Part shown: piece by piece, positions 37,196 through 50,914 of the stretch
Numbering within the stretch: the first letter of the stretch is position 1
How the letters are laid out: every line of letters begins with the position of its first letter
Source of the DNA: Felis catus
Lineage: Eukaryota
DNA: 64,000 bases
Direction: 5' to 3'
NCBI RefSeq assembly: GCF_018350175.1
Contig: NC_058368.1
Location: 111,912,001 to 111,976,000 of the forward strand
Position numbers and translations under genes: made by a program
Notes under the pieces: generated by a model
The model's database searches: none
Told to the model about the DNA's origin: nothing
The model's input: only the letters and a program-made list of their open reading frames with translations

Positions 37196-40100
37196 GATGG
37201 CTTTTAGGAGTGATTTAGGATGTGTGCCAGAATCCTTACAATATAATAATAAGAAGAAAAAAGTCGCACATATAATTTTTTATACAAGAATAATGCTAAA
37301 TGTACAAGTAAGCACACATCATACCTGGGAAGAGGTGGGAAGGAAAAATACTAACATATGAAAGGAAATTAATTCTGGATGATAAGTGACCTCTTTCCAA
37401 GTTTTCTCTTTTCAGGAATAAGGAAACCACCACATTTTCTACACGGATCCTGGGTGTTTTATATTTATTTATTTGTACACACAGCGTGGCCATGGACCCA
37501 CTCATTTATTTTAAGGAAATTTATTACTGATCTAACATATGTCCAAAAAGAGTTTGTGGGCATATAGCTCAATGGATTTTCACCCAGTGAATATACTTGT
37601 GTAAACCGGTGCTCAGATCAAGAAACAGAATATCAGCAGCCCTCTCAGAAGCCCCGTGTGTCGTCTTTCAGTCATTCCCTCCCCCCAGGATGACCCAGGT
37701 CCTGATTTAAATACCATAGATTCCCTTTACATACTTTACAGCTTTATATTCTTTATATAGATGCGATTGTGCATGCAGCGTGAACTATTTTGTATCTGGC
37801 TTCTTGGGCTCAATGCTGTTGGTACGATTCATTTATGTTATGGTGTGTGGTTGTAGTATTTTATAACGAGCGTATATTATTTTTAAAATCATAAAGCTAT
37901 TTTACAAAGACGGCAGATGGCAGCTATTAAAAACCTGGGATGGTTTCCACTTCCCGATGAATGTTCTACAGTTCTCTGCTGGGGAGCTGGTCATGGCCTC
38001 CAGCCCTTGATCCTCTGCCTCCTGCCTTGCTCTTCCCAGTTGGCTCTCCGAGTCTAGGGAGGACGTAGGCTGATCTCACCATCCCCTGGCTCACCTGCTG
38101 TCACCAGTGATGCACATTCGTGTTTGAACCCCCTCCCCCCACCCCCGATGAGGAGACCGATCAGACAAGATAGGGAGAGGGGCATGTGCGGCTTGCACAA
38201 GGCTGAACAGGAAGGGGGGCCTGGGGCGTCCCAAATGGGGCTGGGCACTCCTGAAAAGAGGGTCTTCACTTCTGTTCCCATGGTGACTGTCACTGGCATG
38301 CCACGGGTAGAGACACAGACATCATTTGCCTCATCTGGTCCCCTGGCTTGTCACATTCATCAGGGTAAAGCAACCTCCTGGACACTCCTTTGTTCCCCAA
38401 CATCTTACAGAGAAGGGACTGTCATGATTTCCCAGTTCAGGCACCAAGAGTCCGATGCCGAAAGAAGTAACTCGTTAAGGCCCCGAGCTGGGCCACAAGC
38501 ATTGCCTCTCAAGGCCACTGTCTTGCCCTCTCCCGTTGCCGGCTGAGATGGGGGCAGGGGGGCAGGACTCCATCCGCGGTGATGTTCTCTGTCTGCTGAC
38601 CTGGTCACAACCAGCTGTGTGGTCAGGCAAGTCATTATCTCAGACACCGCTTCAGTTGGTTTGGCCGTAAAACGGGCAGCTCACTACCTCCCTTCTTCAT
38701 GCCCCAAGCCCCGCCTCCTCTAGCCAACAGGAACCCCTGGAAAAATGTTCTGGCAAAACGGAGGCATTTTTATGACTCTCTCCTCACCTAAACCTGCTGG
38801 GCCAGGACAGAGCGCAGACCCTCGGGCCCTGACCGTTATCCTACACTTTGGACCCCGGCGCCTCCGGCTTTGATGTCGTCTTGGTAAATGTCCCTGAGTC
38901 ACCAGTGGGCTCTGATCTCCCCAGCACCTAATAATTCAAACAGCCTGGGCAGTGAGCAGCTAATCAGCTGGGCAGCCTCTGCAGCTGCACAGTGAGGTCA
39001 AGAGAGAAGGGGTCCCTTTCATTCTTAGGGTCTCATTCCACAACCCGAGGGCCAGGGCAGACGCCACCATCTCCTGGCCCAGGGGGGGAGGTTAATTCCT
39101 GCAAGGACCCGGGCGGGCATCTGCCTGGCCGAGGCGGCCAGTTGCACGGTTTGAATCATGGCCGTGGCGGCCAGGCCATCGGGTGGGAATTAAAATTTAA
39201 TTTAGAAAGTCCCGTCTCTGCGGCCCTGGTGGCCGTCGTCTGGGTGATTGACTGGCTGGTTTCTTTCACCTTTGCACGCCTTGGGTTTTTACTGGCGGAG
39301 GAAATGAAGGCTGAACTGGGGCAGGAAATTCCATGTACACAGGTGTTTCTGGTTAGCCCCGTGCACCTCGCCCAGGGGCACGTTTGGGGGCCAGGGATGC
39401 CTGTGAGCCCGGGGCTTCTGTGACCCGGCAGCTGCTGTGGCTCTGCCCGTGGGGAAGGCTGGACAGGGCACTCGGGCCCCTGCAGGGCAGACAGGGGTGC
39501 CGACGAGTGGTCCCACGGCTGGCCCCGGGTCCCCCGTGCCTGCCCACCGCTGCCACAAGATCACGCAGGCGACTTGGCGAGAGGCGCCCCAGAGTGGCGC
39601 CTGGTGGCACCAGGGCCTGACCTGGAAGATTAGCGGCGCCCTGAGGCGGTGTTTACACGTTGTAGCCAGCTCTTCACGTGGCTGACCTGCCCCCATTTTC
39701 ACATCTTCTGAAGGGCTTAAAGAGCCACAAAGCATGCCCTCCCTTGCTTAAAGGGGCTCTGGAAGGGCTGGGGAGGCCGCCTTGGGCTCGGTCTGAGACA
39801 GCCATCTGGGGGCTTGTTCCAGAGGCCAGAGAAGGAGCTTTCCTCGTCCTATGGCTTCCCCATGCTGCCGTAGGGGCATCTCCACCAGCAGCCGTTCACT
39901 GTGCGAATGAAGGTACCTGGGGCTCCCCGTCCATCCAGAGTGCGCCTGGAGGGAGCAGGCCTCCTGAGAAACGGCACGGGGAGGTACACTGGCTAGCTCT
40001 GGGCAGAGGCTCACCCCCACCCACCCACCTCAGTTTTTTAACGGGCATCCTAGGAACGAAGTCTGCTGTGTTGGCCGATTGAGGAGATACCCTCGGTCTG

Positions 40101-40918
40101 TGAGGAGCCCACAATCTTCGCGCGGCTCTCAACTGACCATCCAGCTCCCGGGAACGTTCCCAAGGGAAGTGCTCAAAAGGAAAATCATTTTATGAGCAGT
40201 TTAGAGTATTACTTTAGACACAGCACAACAACAACAAAAAATGTAACCAACGAAAACGCCCTTCAGTTGGTTGCAGACTGAGGGATGTCATTGACGTAAT
40301 ACCGAATAGCAAACAGATCACCGTGTGGAGTGTGAAACCACGTAAAAGGCCCAGGAAACGACTGAAGACAAGTCTATGCCCCCCGATTACGATGTGTGGA
40401 AAATGTGTACCTCAAGGAAGACTGGAGGAAGATGCAAGTAATTGTTCATTTAAATATATTTGTCATTCAATATTTAAATGCATAATTTAAAATGAAAATT
40501 AAGTAAGAACAGAGATCGATATGAATATGTGTAAGTTATCGAGTTCCCGCTAGGATGAGACCCCGTGTCGTCTGTCCAGGACAGGATGTATGGGATCTCA
40601 AAGGCTGGAGAAAAGCCTGTGACTGGAGCTTGGCCACCGTGGGGGGACATAAAAGCGGGGTCATCACAGTGAGTGTGGCCACCCACGTGAGGTTGTGGTT
40701 AGGGTGTTCTGGGCATCCTGGGGGAAATGGGGCTAAGCCTCTGGCACAGTTCAGGACCCCGCATAATCCCCTGGTCTCTGAAGAGGGGTGGGAGGGTCCG
40801 CGGGGCTCTGACCAGCACACGGCTGCCCCGAGCTGTAGGGTGCGAGAAATGGGTTTTCACTGTAGTGAGGAGTTCTAAGGCTGGGTTACCTAAGCAGCAC
40901 TGTAGAAGGGACATCATG

Positions 40919-41115
40919 TTTTGGTTTTGTTTTTTTTTTAAGTTTATTTATTTATTTTTAGAGAGAAAAGAGAGAGCATCGGGGGAGGGGCAGAGAGCAA
41001 GAATCCCAAGCAGGCTCTGCACTGTCAGCGCAGGGCTTGAATTCACAAACCATGAGATCGTGACCTGAGCTGAAATCGAGTCGGACGCTCAACCGACTGA
41101 GCCACCCAGGCGCCC
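40919..41115 (-). mobile_element. Can-SINE
   Basis: Reverse head GAGCCACCCAGGCGCCC and T-rich tail. Confidence 0.93.
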
Positions 41116-44100
41116 TGGGACCTCTTGTTCTTAGTGAAGCACAAATGAATGGCTGCCACAAGTGACTGTGTAGGTTGAGGTACGGAGGGGGCTAAAACTG
41201 AGCCCCCTGAGCCCCCTACCCCTACCTCTACCTTGGCCTCGGACCCCTGCCAGGTATGCTGCAAGGCACCTAGGGTGGGCATCTCTCTTGCTCAACATAC
41301 TGCCCATATTTCAAGGCGTAGCTCCATCCTCCTGCTCCCAGGAACCTCTTCTGAGCAGCTCAGCTCTTGCCAGCCTGCGCTCAGAGTGCTTCTAGAATCT
41401 GGATGTGGTCCTGAGTCTGAGGAGGGCAGGGGCCAGGCCTCACCCTTTCTGGACAGCACCTCCTTCCCCACCCTGGGGCTTTCAGAGCGGATCTCCGTGC
41501 CTTCTCCGTGCCACAGATGCAGAATAGCAGTTGGAGTAGTAGCAATGATTTGTGAATTTCAATTCCTCTTCTAAAACCGCTTGCAGATATTTCTGCTGCT
41601 TTCCTCCACTCCCCCATCCTACTTCTTCCTTCGCCGCAGACAGGACTTAGGAAACAGTAACTCACACTCCCCCCTCTGCTTCTCCTGCTCCTCCTGTGGG
41701 TATCACTATGGCTACTTCGGGGATAAGCCTGATTCTGATCCACCTCTGAGCACCCTAGAACCATCAGACAGGGTGCTGTTCACCTTTGGGCGGGGGGAAC
41801 AGCAAAGAAAGAGAGCTTCCCAACACTGACTGCTCACTGAAAGCCAAACACTGCACTCAGCACCCCGTAGGCATCATCTGGTTTCATTCCCCCAAACACC
41901 CCATGAGACAGGCGGTGTGCTCCTGCTTATAGATGGGAGACCCTGAGACTGGAGGAGATTGGTCTCTTGCCCAAGGTCACGGAGCTAGTAAGAGGTAGAG
42001 CCAGGCTCCAGACTTTGACTGTCTGATTCCAAAGTCTAGGCTTTCCTTTGCTCTAAATCCCTCCACTCAACCTTCTCTTTTGTCTGCGGAATTCTAGGAA
42101 GTGTTGGTTCTGTTTCTCATCAGCAGGGCCTCGTGCTCCCCGCAGAGCAGGGTCTCTGGGCATTTGCACATCATCCCTACAGGCAAATGTTGGGTGTGCA
42201 GAGCCTCATCTCCAAGTCCAGGGTGTCCAGAACCAGCTGGACTCAGAGGCATTCTGGCCCTTTTCCCTGCCACATGGAAATGTCATTTGCAATCAGCCGG
42301 CTGTAGTTGGAGAGCTGCCTTTTAGGTGCAGCGACTAAAAGGAGCACATGGAAACACTCAGTGCCTGAGCCAGCATCAGAGAGGCCCTGGCTCTTAGCCA
42401 TGAATGGCGGCAGGTCCAATAATGTTGAGCTCCAGGCATGCGTGTTGCCAAGAAGCCAGAGGGGTTTGGAGATTGACCAGCTCTTGCAGCACGTGAAGAT
42501 GCCTTGCACAGTGCTGGGCGTATGGGTGCTTGAGAATGTAGATCCCTGTTTGGTGACAGAGGGGCCGTGGTCCTGTGGGCTAAGTGCCCGGTGATGAAAT
42601 GTTCTGTGCCATGGCTGCCTTGGGGGTGGGGCACGGTCTAAATCAGGGGACCATGGGCTTCTGAGGTTGTATGCGAGTGTTACGCATGCTCCTGTATCCA
42701 GTGGGCGGCCATAGCTTTCTCTGGGCTTTCAGAGCTATCCCAGACCCAAGATCCTACTATCCAAGAGGCTGCAGGTAGGGACCAAGAGATGAAGCCATTC
42801 AGCATGTTCTAAGATACGCTCACCCCTGGGACGGCTGGCAGGGGGAGATGTGCCAGACTGGCGAGAGTGTGAGGAGGGGGAACAGGTACCCGGGTCAGGC
42901 TGCCTCTCTGAGCAGAGTGGAGCTCCTGCTGACTCCCCTCCTACTCTGACCACACAGGCTGCAGGGAGCAGAGTCCTCCGGCCCTTGGGGGGAAGATGGC
43001 CTCCCCCACCATCATCTGTGAACCTCATCTCCAAGTTTAGAGCTTCCTCCCCAGGTGGGGTTGCCCCCTCTCTGAGCTCCAATTTCCCCATCGGCCTGTG
43101 GCCGTATATCTTCTCCTCTTTTCTCCTGGCTGCTTTATAGCTTGCTGGAAACACCTTCCCTTAACACTTCGAAATGTATCACTTGAAAGCATCTTAACGT
43201 TAACCAATGCGATTCTTTTTTAATTTGAAGGGGCTTATTTCTCTGAATGGCTTTCCTGATCATATAGGAGGGCATGCTCCCTAATATTAAACTTTTTCTT
43301 TAAAAAGAGCAAAAAATGACTCACATCTGTTTGATATTTGATTCAAATTGAATGGCAGGACAGGAACAGAATTACACTGCAAACGGCCATAAAGAGCCGA
43401 GCGTACGGAACCTACACGCCAGACGACTTGAAATGACAAAGGATTGAGGGGGATGTGGCCTGGGCAATGGGGCATGTCCTACCCAGAAGCCAGAGCTGTA
43501 GTAGCAAAGCCAGGAGAAGGTGGAAAGTGGGAGAGGGGCTCCCTTTTGCACTGGAGGATTTTGTAGCGACTGATATCTAGATGCATGTAAGTTTGGGGTC
43601 TGGGATCCAAGCCCCCAACAAGCGTCCTGATCCCATCTGGAATCCAATGCTCGTCGCTCTACGTTGGGGTGGTGACCTGTCTGGGCTCCCCAAAGGGCTG
43701 TCGGGTAATGCTCGCACACAGCCTGGGTGACCAACCAGTCACTGCCCTGATCTCGGGGTCCTGGAGGCCTTGGGGTTGGGCTACAGCTCGGAGATTGAGC
43801 TCAAAGTCTCCCTGCTCCCTGCTGATCAGTTCACCAGAAACTCCAACATCCAGTGTCTAAGAGGGCAGGGAGATGAGGTGGGGCCTAGAGAACTGTGTTT
43901 TCCTCCCTTCTCAGAAAGAAGGTGACTTCTAAATGCCAGGCGACCTGTACTTCCTTGAGCTCTGAGAGTGAGATCCCAGGAAAGAAATGAACACAGCCTC
44001 TTAGCTAATACCTGCGGGCATGTTTGAAGTCAGGGGACTGATTACAGGGTCCAGGCACAGCACTTTAATTGTGAACCATGTCTCGTGGCATCTGCTAGGT

Positions 44101-44512
44101 GGGCATCGACAGTGGGGTTCTACAACCCAAGCTCAGCCAGAGCTTGTGGGCTTCCTCTCACCAGGTGTGCACGGATGGTGGGGATGAGGAGAAGGGCAAG
44201 AGTCCCCCACTTACCAGGTGAGTGCATTTGGGAGCCTTTCCCCTCCCTGCGCTTTTGTTTCTTCATCTGTAGCATGGGACGGTTTAAAATCCTCATAAGG
44301 TTATTTGAAACATCTAACATTATAAATACAAATGACTTCACTTTTAAAATGGCCAAACACCATACTGTTTTCTTAGAATGGTTACCCTGACCTCTCCAGC
44401 ACTTCTGTGTAGGCACCATATGCATCTCAAGGCATTTTCACATGTTTGTTTGTTTATTTGTTTGTTTGTTTCTCTGGCCCACCGTTCTCAGGTGCTGGAA
44501 CCTTTTCCACAT

Positions 44513-45135
44513 GGTGGTGTGCTAAGAGGGTCCCATACTGTCTTATAAGAGCCGATTGTTAAACAAGCCACCACTGAAAATTAAAGCACAAAGGGGTGCC
44601 TGGGTGGCTTATTTGGTTAAGCATCTGACTTCAGCTCAGGTCATGATCTCCCGGTTCGTGAGTTCCAGCCCCGCGTCGGGCTCTGGGCTGACAGCTCAGA
44701 ACCTGGAGCCTGCTTTGGATTCTGTGCCTCCCTCTTTCTCTGCCCCTCCCCCACTCACCCTCTGTCTCTGTCTCTCAAAAATAGACATTAAAAAAAAAAG
44801 AAAATTAAAGCACATGAACTTAGTGTTGAATAAGTTACACTAAATACAAAGTTAAATAATAAAAACTCACAGTTTCCTAATTATTTTACTATATTTGGCT
44901 ATATCTGTGCTCTTGGGGTATTTGCATCCAGTCTCTCTGTGTGTAGAAGTGCTATCTGTGTGTGTTTACTGCACATCTCTTTCCAACTCCAGGTTCAGTG
45001 GTGTCACCCTGATACCTTGAAACTGACGATGGTGGGAGAATTTCCATCACGGAACTCAGAAATCGGCAAACACTACACAATCAGAGGTCTCCCACCACCC
45101 AGAGAGCTGGTGGTTAACCGTCTGCCAGCCCCTGA
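44513..45135. mobile_element. MER63-like hAT element containing a Can-SINE (44593-44799, +)
   Basis: GGTGGTGTGCT…GAGCCGATTGTTAAAC and AGAGAGCTGGTGGTTAACCGTCTGCCAGC ends; SINE TSD GAAAATTAAAGCACA. Confidence 0.6.
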
Positions 45136-48100
45136 GTGACTGTAGGGATTGGCAGAGTGAAGTCTCTAGAGCCTTTGGTGACTTTCTCGGTATGCCGCGT
45201 CGGTCTCTCAACCTGCTGCTTTGTCCATCAGACTTAGATCTTCCAGCATTCCCAGGCCCTCGTGCGCAGGGTATACGGCATTGCTTTATTCAGAACACTC
45301 TGAATTTGGCCTCCTCCGAATGCCTCCTACCATTCCTGTAATGAGGTCTCTCCTTGGCTTCTGGTTTTTTCCCTGAGCTCAGCCAAAATATTCACCCTGG
45401 TTTTGTGAAGCATGCTGCGAGTCTCAAGTGGAGGTATTTTCTCTTTAACTGAGAAGCAAAACTCACAGCTCATAATGACCCTGGGGATTTCTAACCAACA
45501 CCTTACCCGGGGTGCTAGACAGAGCCCAGAGGCTTGCATGTGCGTGAGAGTGTGTGAGTGTGTGAGTGTGTGTGTGCGCATGCGAGATGGGGAGTGGCAT
45601 GGAGAAGGAGAAGTCAAACCACATGAGGCTTTCCTGACATTTCAAATTGAAATCTGCACAGCAACCGCAGCCCCAGGGGAAGAGGAACGTAAAAGTGAAA
45701 GATGGAGCCCCCTGATTATTAGCTTCCCTCCTGGGCCTCCAACAAGTGTCTACAGGGGACCATGTGTTCCTCAGTAACGAGGGCCAGGATGATTCTGGAA
45801 ACCTCTGACATCAAGCATGCAGCCTGCTTACTTCCAGTGTTCCCCGGGGCAGAGGTCCAAGTCTGGGAGCTCCGCACCTCGTACATGTGTTTCTGGGTGG
45901 TGGGGGGCTGGGCACTTGTGTTGAACCATAGACATAGGACTCATCTGGAAACGGGAAAACCTATTGGCAGAGAGTAGAAGAATCAGGGGTGTGAGCCCTG
46001 CAGGGCCTTGCTGGATTTGTCCTTGCCTCCTGGACTTAGGGTCCTATAGAGAAGATGAGGGCACTCATGGAACAAACCACTTACCCTGGCCTCTTCTCAT
46101 TCTGAGTAATTCATTGTTTAAAGTCCATTTTAACCTGTTAAACCAGCAGCTTTGTTGTGACGTGAGGTTCTGCTCAAAGCTCATTCCCGAAGGCCTGCTT
46201 TCACCCCACGCAAATTCTTTGTCCCAGCTCACTTTCTTGGCAGTCAGGCAATAGACCCCTGCTGGGGAGCCGGGTGGCTGTCCCATCCGTAGACGCAGAC
46301 TCGTCCGAGTTGGTCTCTGCCTTGCCCGGGGCCATGTTGGCGGGGCGGAGCACACGGCAACTACACGTATTCCCAGCCGAGGAGATACCATGTGGTGGAT
46401 ACCGTGGATCACTGCCTGGAAACCCCTCTGAGTGTCCCACAACAGGCTTGGAGCTTGGGGGGAGGCCATTCCTTTCTGGAAAAAGTCAGGAAAGCTTTCT
46501 GGAGGGAGAAACGTTTGGGGAAGGGTGGTGGCAGTTCACACTCACGGCCGACAGTCATTGAGCGTTTCCAAGGCATGCATGCTAAGTTCCATTACACATA
46601 TGTGTGCATTTCCGTCTGCACAGAGGGGGCGCGGGTACTGACAGCATTCCCGTTTTGTACTTGGGCGTCGGCGGCTTGGGAGATGAGGCAAGTTTTAGGG
46701 TCAGTAAGTGGACAGCGGTGGGGATTTGGACCCTCCTCTGCTGCCCTGCCTCTGAGGTGGGGGGAGAGGGGTTTTCAAAGCAGGAGCCCCGGCTGGATTG
46801 CATGACCCAGGCCAGGATGGCCCCACCTGGCTCTTCTCTGGACCTCACTGTCGGTACCTGTCCTCTTGTGCCCTCCTCTTTCCTTTCTTACAGAGGCCAA
46901 AGGATATGTGGTTAGGGTGATGTGTGGGAGAGGGGGTCTGTGCTCGCCTGTTGCCTCCAGGAGGCCCCCAGGCAGGGGAGCCCTCTAGGCCATGCCCCCT
47001 TTCCTCTCCCTTTCTGGTGGCCCAGGCCCCCTTCTCCCTTTTTGCCCTCAGACCCTCCTTCTCCCTTCTCTCCTCTGCTTACCAGGGCTGGGGGGGGGGG
47101 GGGCAGTCCACCCTGCAGTCTGCATTCCCCAGGTTTGCTCACCAGCTTCCTTCTGCCTGCCTTCGGCCAATAAGAACCACAAGGGGTGAGTGAGGGGAGC
47201 AGCCAGGATGTGTCACCCTCTCTTTCAGCGCCTCACGCTGGGGAGAGAGTCTGGAGCGGCAGGTGTTATCTCCTCTTTGGCTCCAGCCTACACCCCCCCC
47301 CCCCCCCGCCCTGCCCCCAGATGGCCTCTGACCCTAAGGTCCCAGCTTCTGCAGGGACAAGGCACATTCGTTCTAGCTCTGTGCCTGGCAATGCCTGCTC
47401 TGGTTGACTCTGCAGCCCCAGAGGTGGGAGCAACTTCTGCTCTTGCTGACTTCTGAGGTGCGTGGCCTGTTATGTTTTTGCAGTGCTTACAGTGGTTTTT
47501 GTTTTCTTGACTGGATCCTGCTATGCACCCTCTCCTACCTCCCCCCCTACCCCCGCCGCTCCCTCCCCCCAGGCAAGGTGACCTAAATAGGATCCAACGT
47601 GCAGAAAGCTGCATATGAATGGAGGAATGATATCATGGTGTCCTGATCCCTCAGAGAAGGAAACCCATGGCTGGCTGCCTGACTGAGCTCTCCCTGGGAA
47701 CCCCCCCCTGTCCCCCCCTCCCTGTCTCTGCTTTATTCTGAAGAGTCCCCACCCCCTACCCCCTGCCTCTGTGTCTTTAAAGGAAAGCAAGGCAGATGTC
47801 TCAGCTGGGGCTCCTTCCAGCAGTTTGAATGCTTGGCTCAGAGCCTGGACGTCGTCGTGATGGTTTTGCTCCGGTACCTGCTCTGTGTAATTTCTCTGTT
47901 AGGTAACACAGAGGATCGGAGAAATAACAGAGTGGGGAAGAAAGCCCCCCCTTCAGAACTCCAGACCCCATGGGTCTTTTCCCTCCTTCCAGGACTGTGA
48001 TTTGAATTTTATTCAAATCTGCCCCTTCTCAGACTCCTTTCTGGTTCCCAAAGGTCTGGAGCTGGGCACTGTAGCTGCCAGTGCCCCTTAAAAAGTTAGG

Positions 48101-49174
48101 CACTGTGGGGGAAATGGAGGCTATGTTCCCCTGGAAAGAAGAGGCAGAGAACAGTAACAGTTCAGGGAAGGCTGGCATTATCGGGGGAGGGCACATTTTT
48201 GCGGAGCAAGCCCCATACCAAACGACACTTTAAAGCCTTTTCAACTCACGTCCTTAAAGAAGAAAATAATTAAACTCTTCTGCTGGGGATCACCTGGCTT
48301 CCCACATCCCTTCACTTAGGATGTTTTGTTCCCACTGGAGCGTGTGATTGGAAAACAAAGGTAAATGAGAGCAATTTATTCCCGGATCATTTCTTCCCCC
48401 GGCGGGCTTAAAGCTGCCTCAGCCATAAAGAGTTTACAAACTCTAAAGAAAGATAATAACTTCCCTTCTCACGGCCCGGTCATAGGGAGGTAATGTATGT
48501 TTCCAATCAGCTGAGAATGTAATTCAAATGGTAGGTTTTATTTCACTTTAATCCGCCTGTGAGTTCACATTCAAGGTAAGAGGGATCACAGCCCTGCAAT
48601 GTGAATAGAGTTCATTAACTTGGCATCTCCACTTAGAGGCGGAGGAGCTGGGTCTGTCTGCTCCTCTCCCAGAGCCTTGCACAGGCTTGGGCCTCGTGTG
48701 CCGGCCAGCAACCAGAGCGCGCCGGAATGTGGGCGGGGTGGCCACAGCGACCGGAAGCTGGAGGGTCCAGTTTGGGGACCAGCTAACCTGATGGCAGCAT
48801 CAGCATCACCAGGTGCCACGGGGTAGAAGCTGAGGAGGAAGAAATGAGCTCACACAGTAGATAGAGTAGATAGTCTCCCCTCCGCAGCCCAGTTTGGGGG
48901 TGGGGGAAGGTCCTGGAGGTGGTGATGAACTGTCCACACTGCCTGTGGCTTACTTGCTTCTACACACATCTTTGCTGACAGCAGCCTAGCTGCTCAGTGG
49001 GCTGTTAGGCAAAGAATCCGTTCTTAGCTCTGTTGGAATCCTGTCTCAGCTCTATTTAGTCACAGGGAGACCTTGAAGCAGCCACTTGACTATGTCTTGC
49101 TTTATACATTTATGAAGTGACTATCCATTTGTGGGGAAAGGGACATGTTTTCTTCATCGGCCTACTGTGAAGCC

Positions 49175-49382
49175 TTTTTTTTAAAGTTTATTTATTTGTT
49201 TTGAGAGAGAGCGAGAGAGCACGAGCAGGGTAGGGGCAGAGAGGGACAGAGGCAGAATCCCAAGCAGACTCCATGCTGTCGGCACAGAACCCGTCGCGGG
49301 GCTAGAACTCACGCACCATGAGATCATGACCCAAGCAGAAATCAAGTCAGACAGTTAACCAACTGAGCCACCCAGACGCCCC
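49175..49382 (-). mobile_element. Can-SINE
   Basis: Reverse head and tail; degenerate TSD GGCCTACnnTGAA. Confidence 0.92.
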
Positions 49383-50914
49383 TGGCCTACAATGAAACGT
49401 TTAATGCCACTCGTTCTACAATGAAACTCACTCCTGCAGGGTAAGCGTTACCCTCTCCAGCCCTTTCTTTGGAAATACTGATGCCTTCAGCAGTGTGATA
49501 TCTTAGCTTCCCAAGCCACAGGGAATCCCTTCAAGGAATAGTTCTGGTCTGTGCAGGTGGGGTGTCGGTTTAGGGAGGCAGCGTGTTCCTAGCGAGTGTC
49601 TGGGGGAGGAGGTTCTGTGGAGGGTGGCCTCCATCATATGGGTGTGGAGCAGAGGTATCAAACCAGATCCAAGGAGATGTGGGGGGCTGGGGGCCCACAC
49701 TCTATCCTGCCGGTCCAACTCAAGACTCCTAGTGATTGGAGCCCCTCCTAGAGTCTCCTGGAGGTACCTATGTGCCTCTAGGAAGTGCTGAGAGCTGTCT
49801 CTCAGTCACATGGGGACCTGTCACATCTGCCGACCTTCCCCAGCAGTCATCTCACAGAATCTCAAAAATGCAGCATCCTGGCTGGCTTGGGCTGCAGAGG
49901 CTCGAGCCCCAGAGAGAAGCACAAGCTGTGTTCTGCCCCAGCTGGAGGATCTGGGCTCTCCTCACTGAGGCCTAGGGCTGGAAGAGACTTACTGTCTGCC
50001 CACGGCTTCCAGGCCCTGCTGCCCCAGTTGGCCGACCCATCTCTCCTCCTGTCACTACAAGCCTTGGCCATGCCCTCACCTGCCTCGCTCACGCCTTAAC
50101 AACTCACCTTGCCCGTCTGTCCATCCATTCTCTGACCAGCTCCCCAACGGCCCCCTGGAACACAACAGCAAACCACCCGTGGTCCTCATCTGTGTGGAGC
50201 CTAAGTCTCACAGGGAGACAGACACAGAAACTACGGCGACAGCATTGGGGTGTCCGGTGCCCTTCCTTGCTCCAGGCCACAGCCACGGTTGTGCTGTCCT
50301 GCCATCACATCCTCACCATGCTTGCTCACGCCTCAGAGCCCTGCACATTTATGTGGAGTTCTCAGGTCTCCCTGGAAATGGGGCTCGGGAGGTTACGGTG
50401 TCCCACTTACAGACAGGTTGGGGAGACTCCCATTCTTGGAAGAGCAGAGGAATGTGAAGGTTAAAATGTCTTAAAGGGCACAAGGGGTGATTTCTAGATT
50501 TCCGGACATGCCTTCAGAGAATCGCAGTGCTCTGGGGCTAACTGTTGTAGCCCTTTGTAGCAGACGTACGCATGTGTGTCTATGCTGAGTGTATGTGTCA
50601 ACCCGCATTCAATTCATTCCACCGAATTGGACAGTGAAAGCTTACTCTACTGAGTACCTACTATGCGCCAAGCACCACACTAGGTGCTTTATATGCACTG
50701 CTTCATTTTACCACCACCGCTGGCTGTCACTTTTCCCATTTTCCAGAAGAACAAACAGAGGCACAGGGACATTCATTCACTTGTCCAAGGTCACAGAGCT
50801 AGTAACGGTGGAGTAGGAATTCCAACCCAGGCAGCACCCGATTGCAGAGCCCCGGCTTGGAGCCGCCCCAGCGGGTGGGCGTGGCCCGTGTCCGTGCGTG
50901 CACGTGCACCCCCT

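Noticed and set aside
39580..39610. CTCF-like words here, and at ~17-30, ~9680-9700 and ~34175-34190
   Set aside because: Two or more mismatches or an indel in the core, in GC-rich context.
47089..47307. G15 and ~C14 homopolymer runs ~190 bp apart
   Set aside because: Simple runs with no further complementarity seen; lengths are prone to sequencing error.
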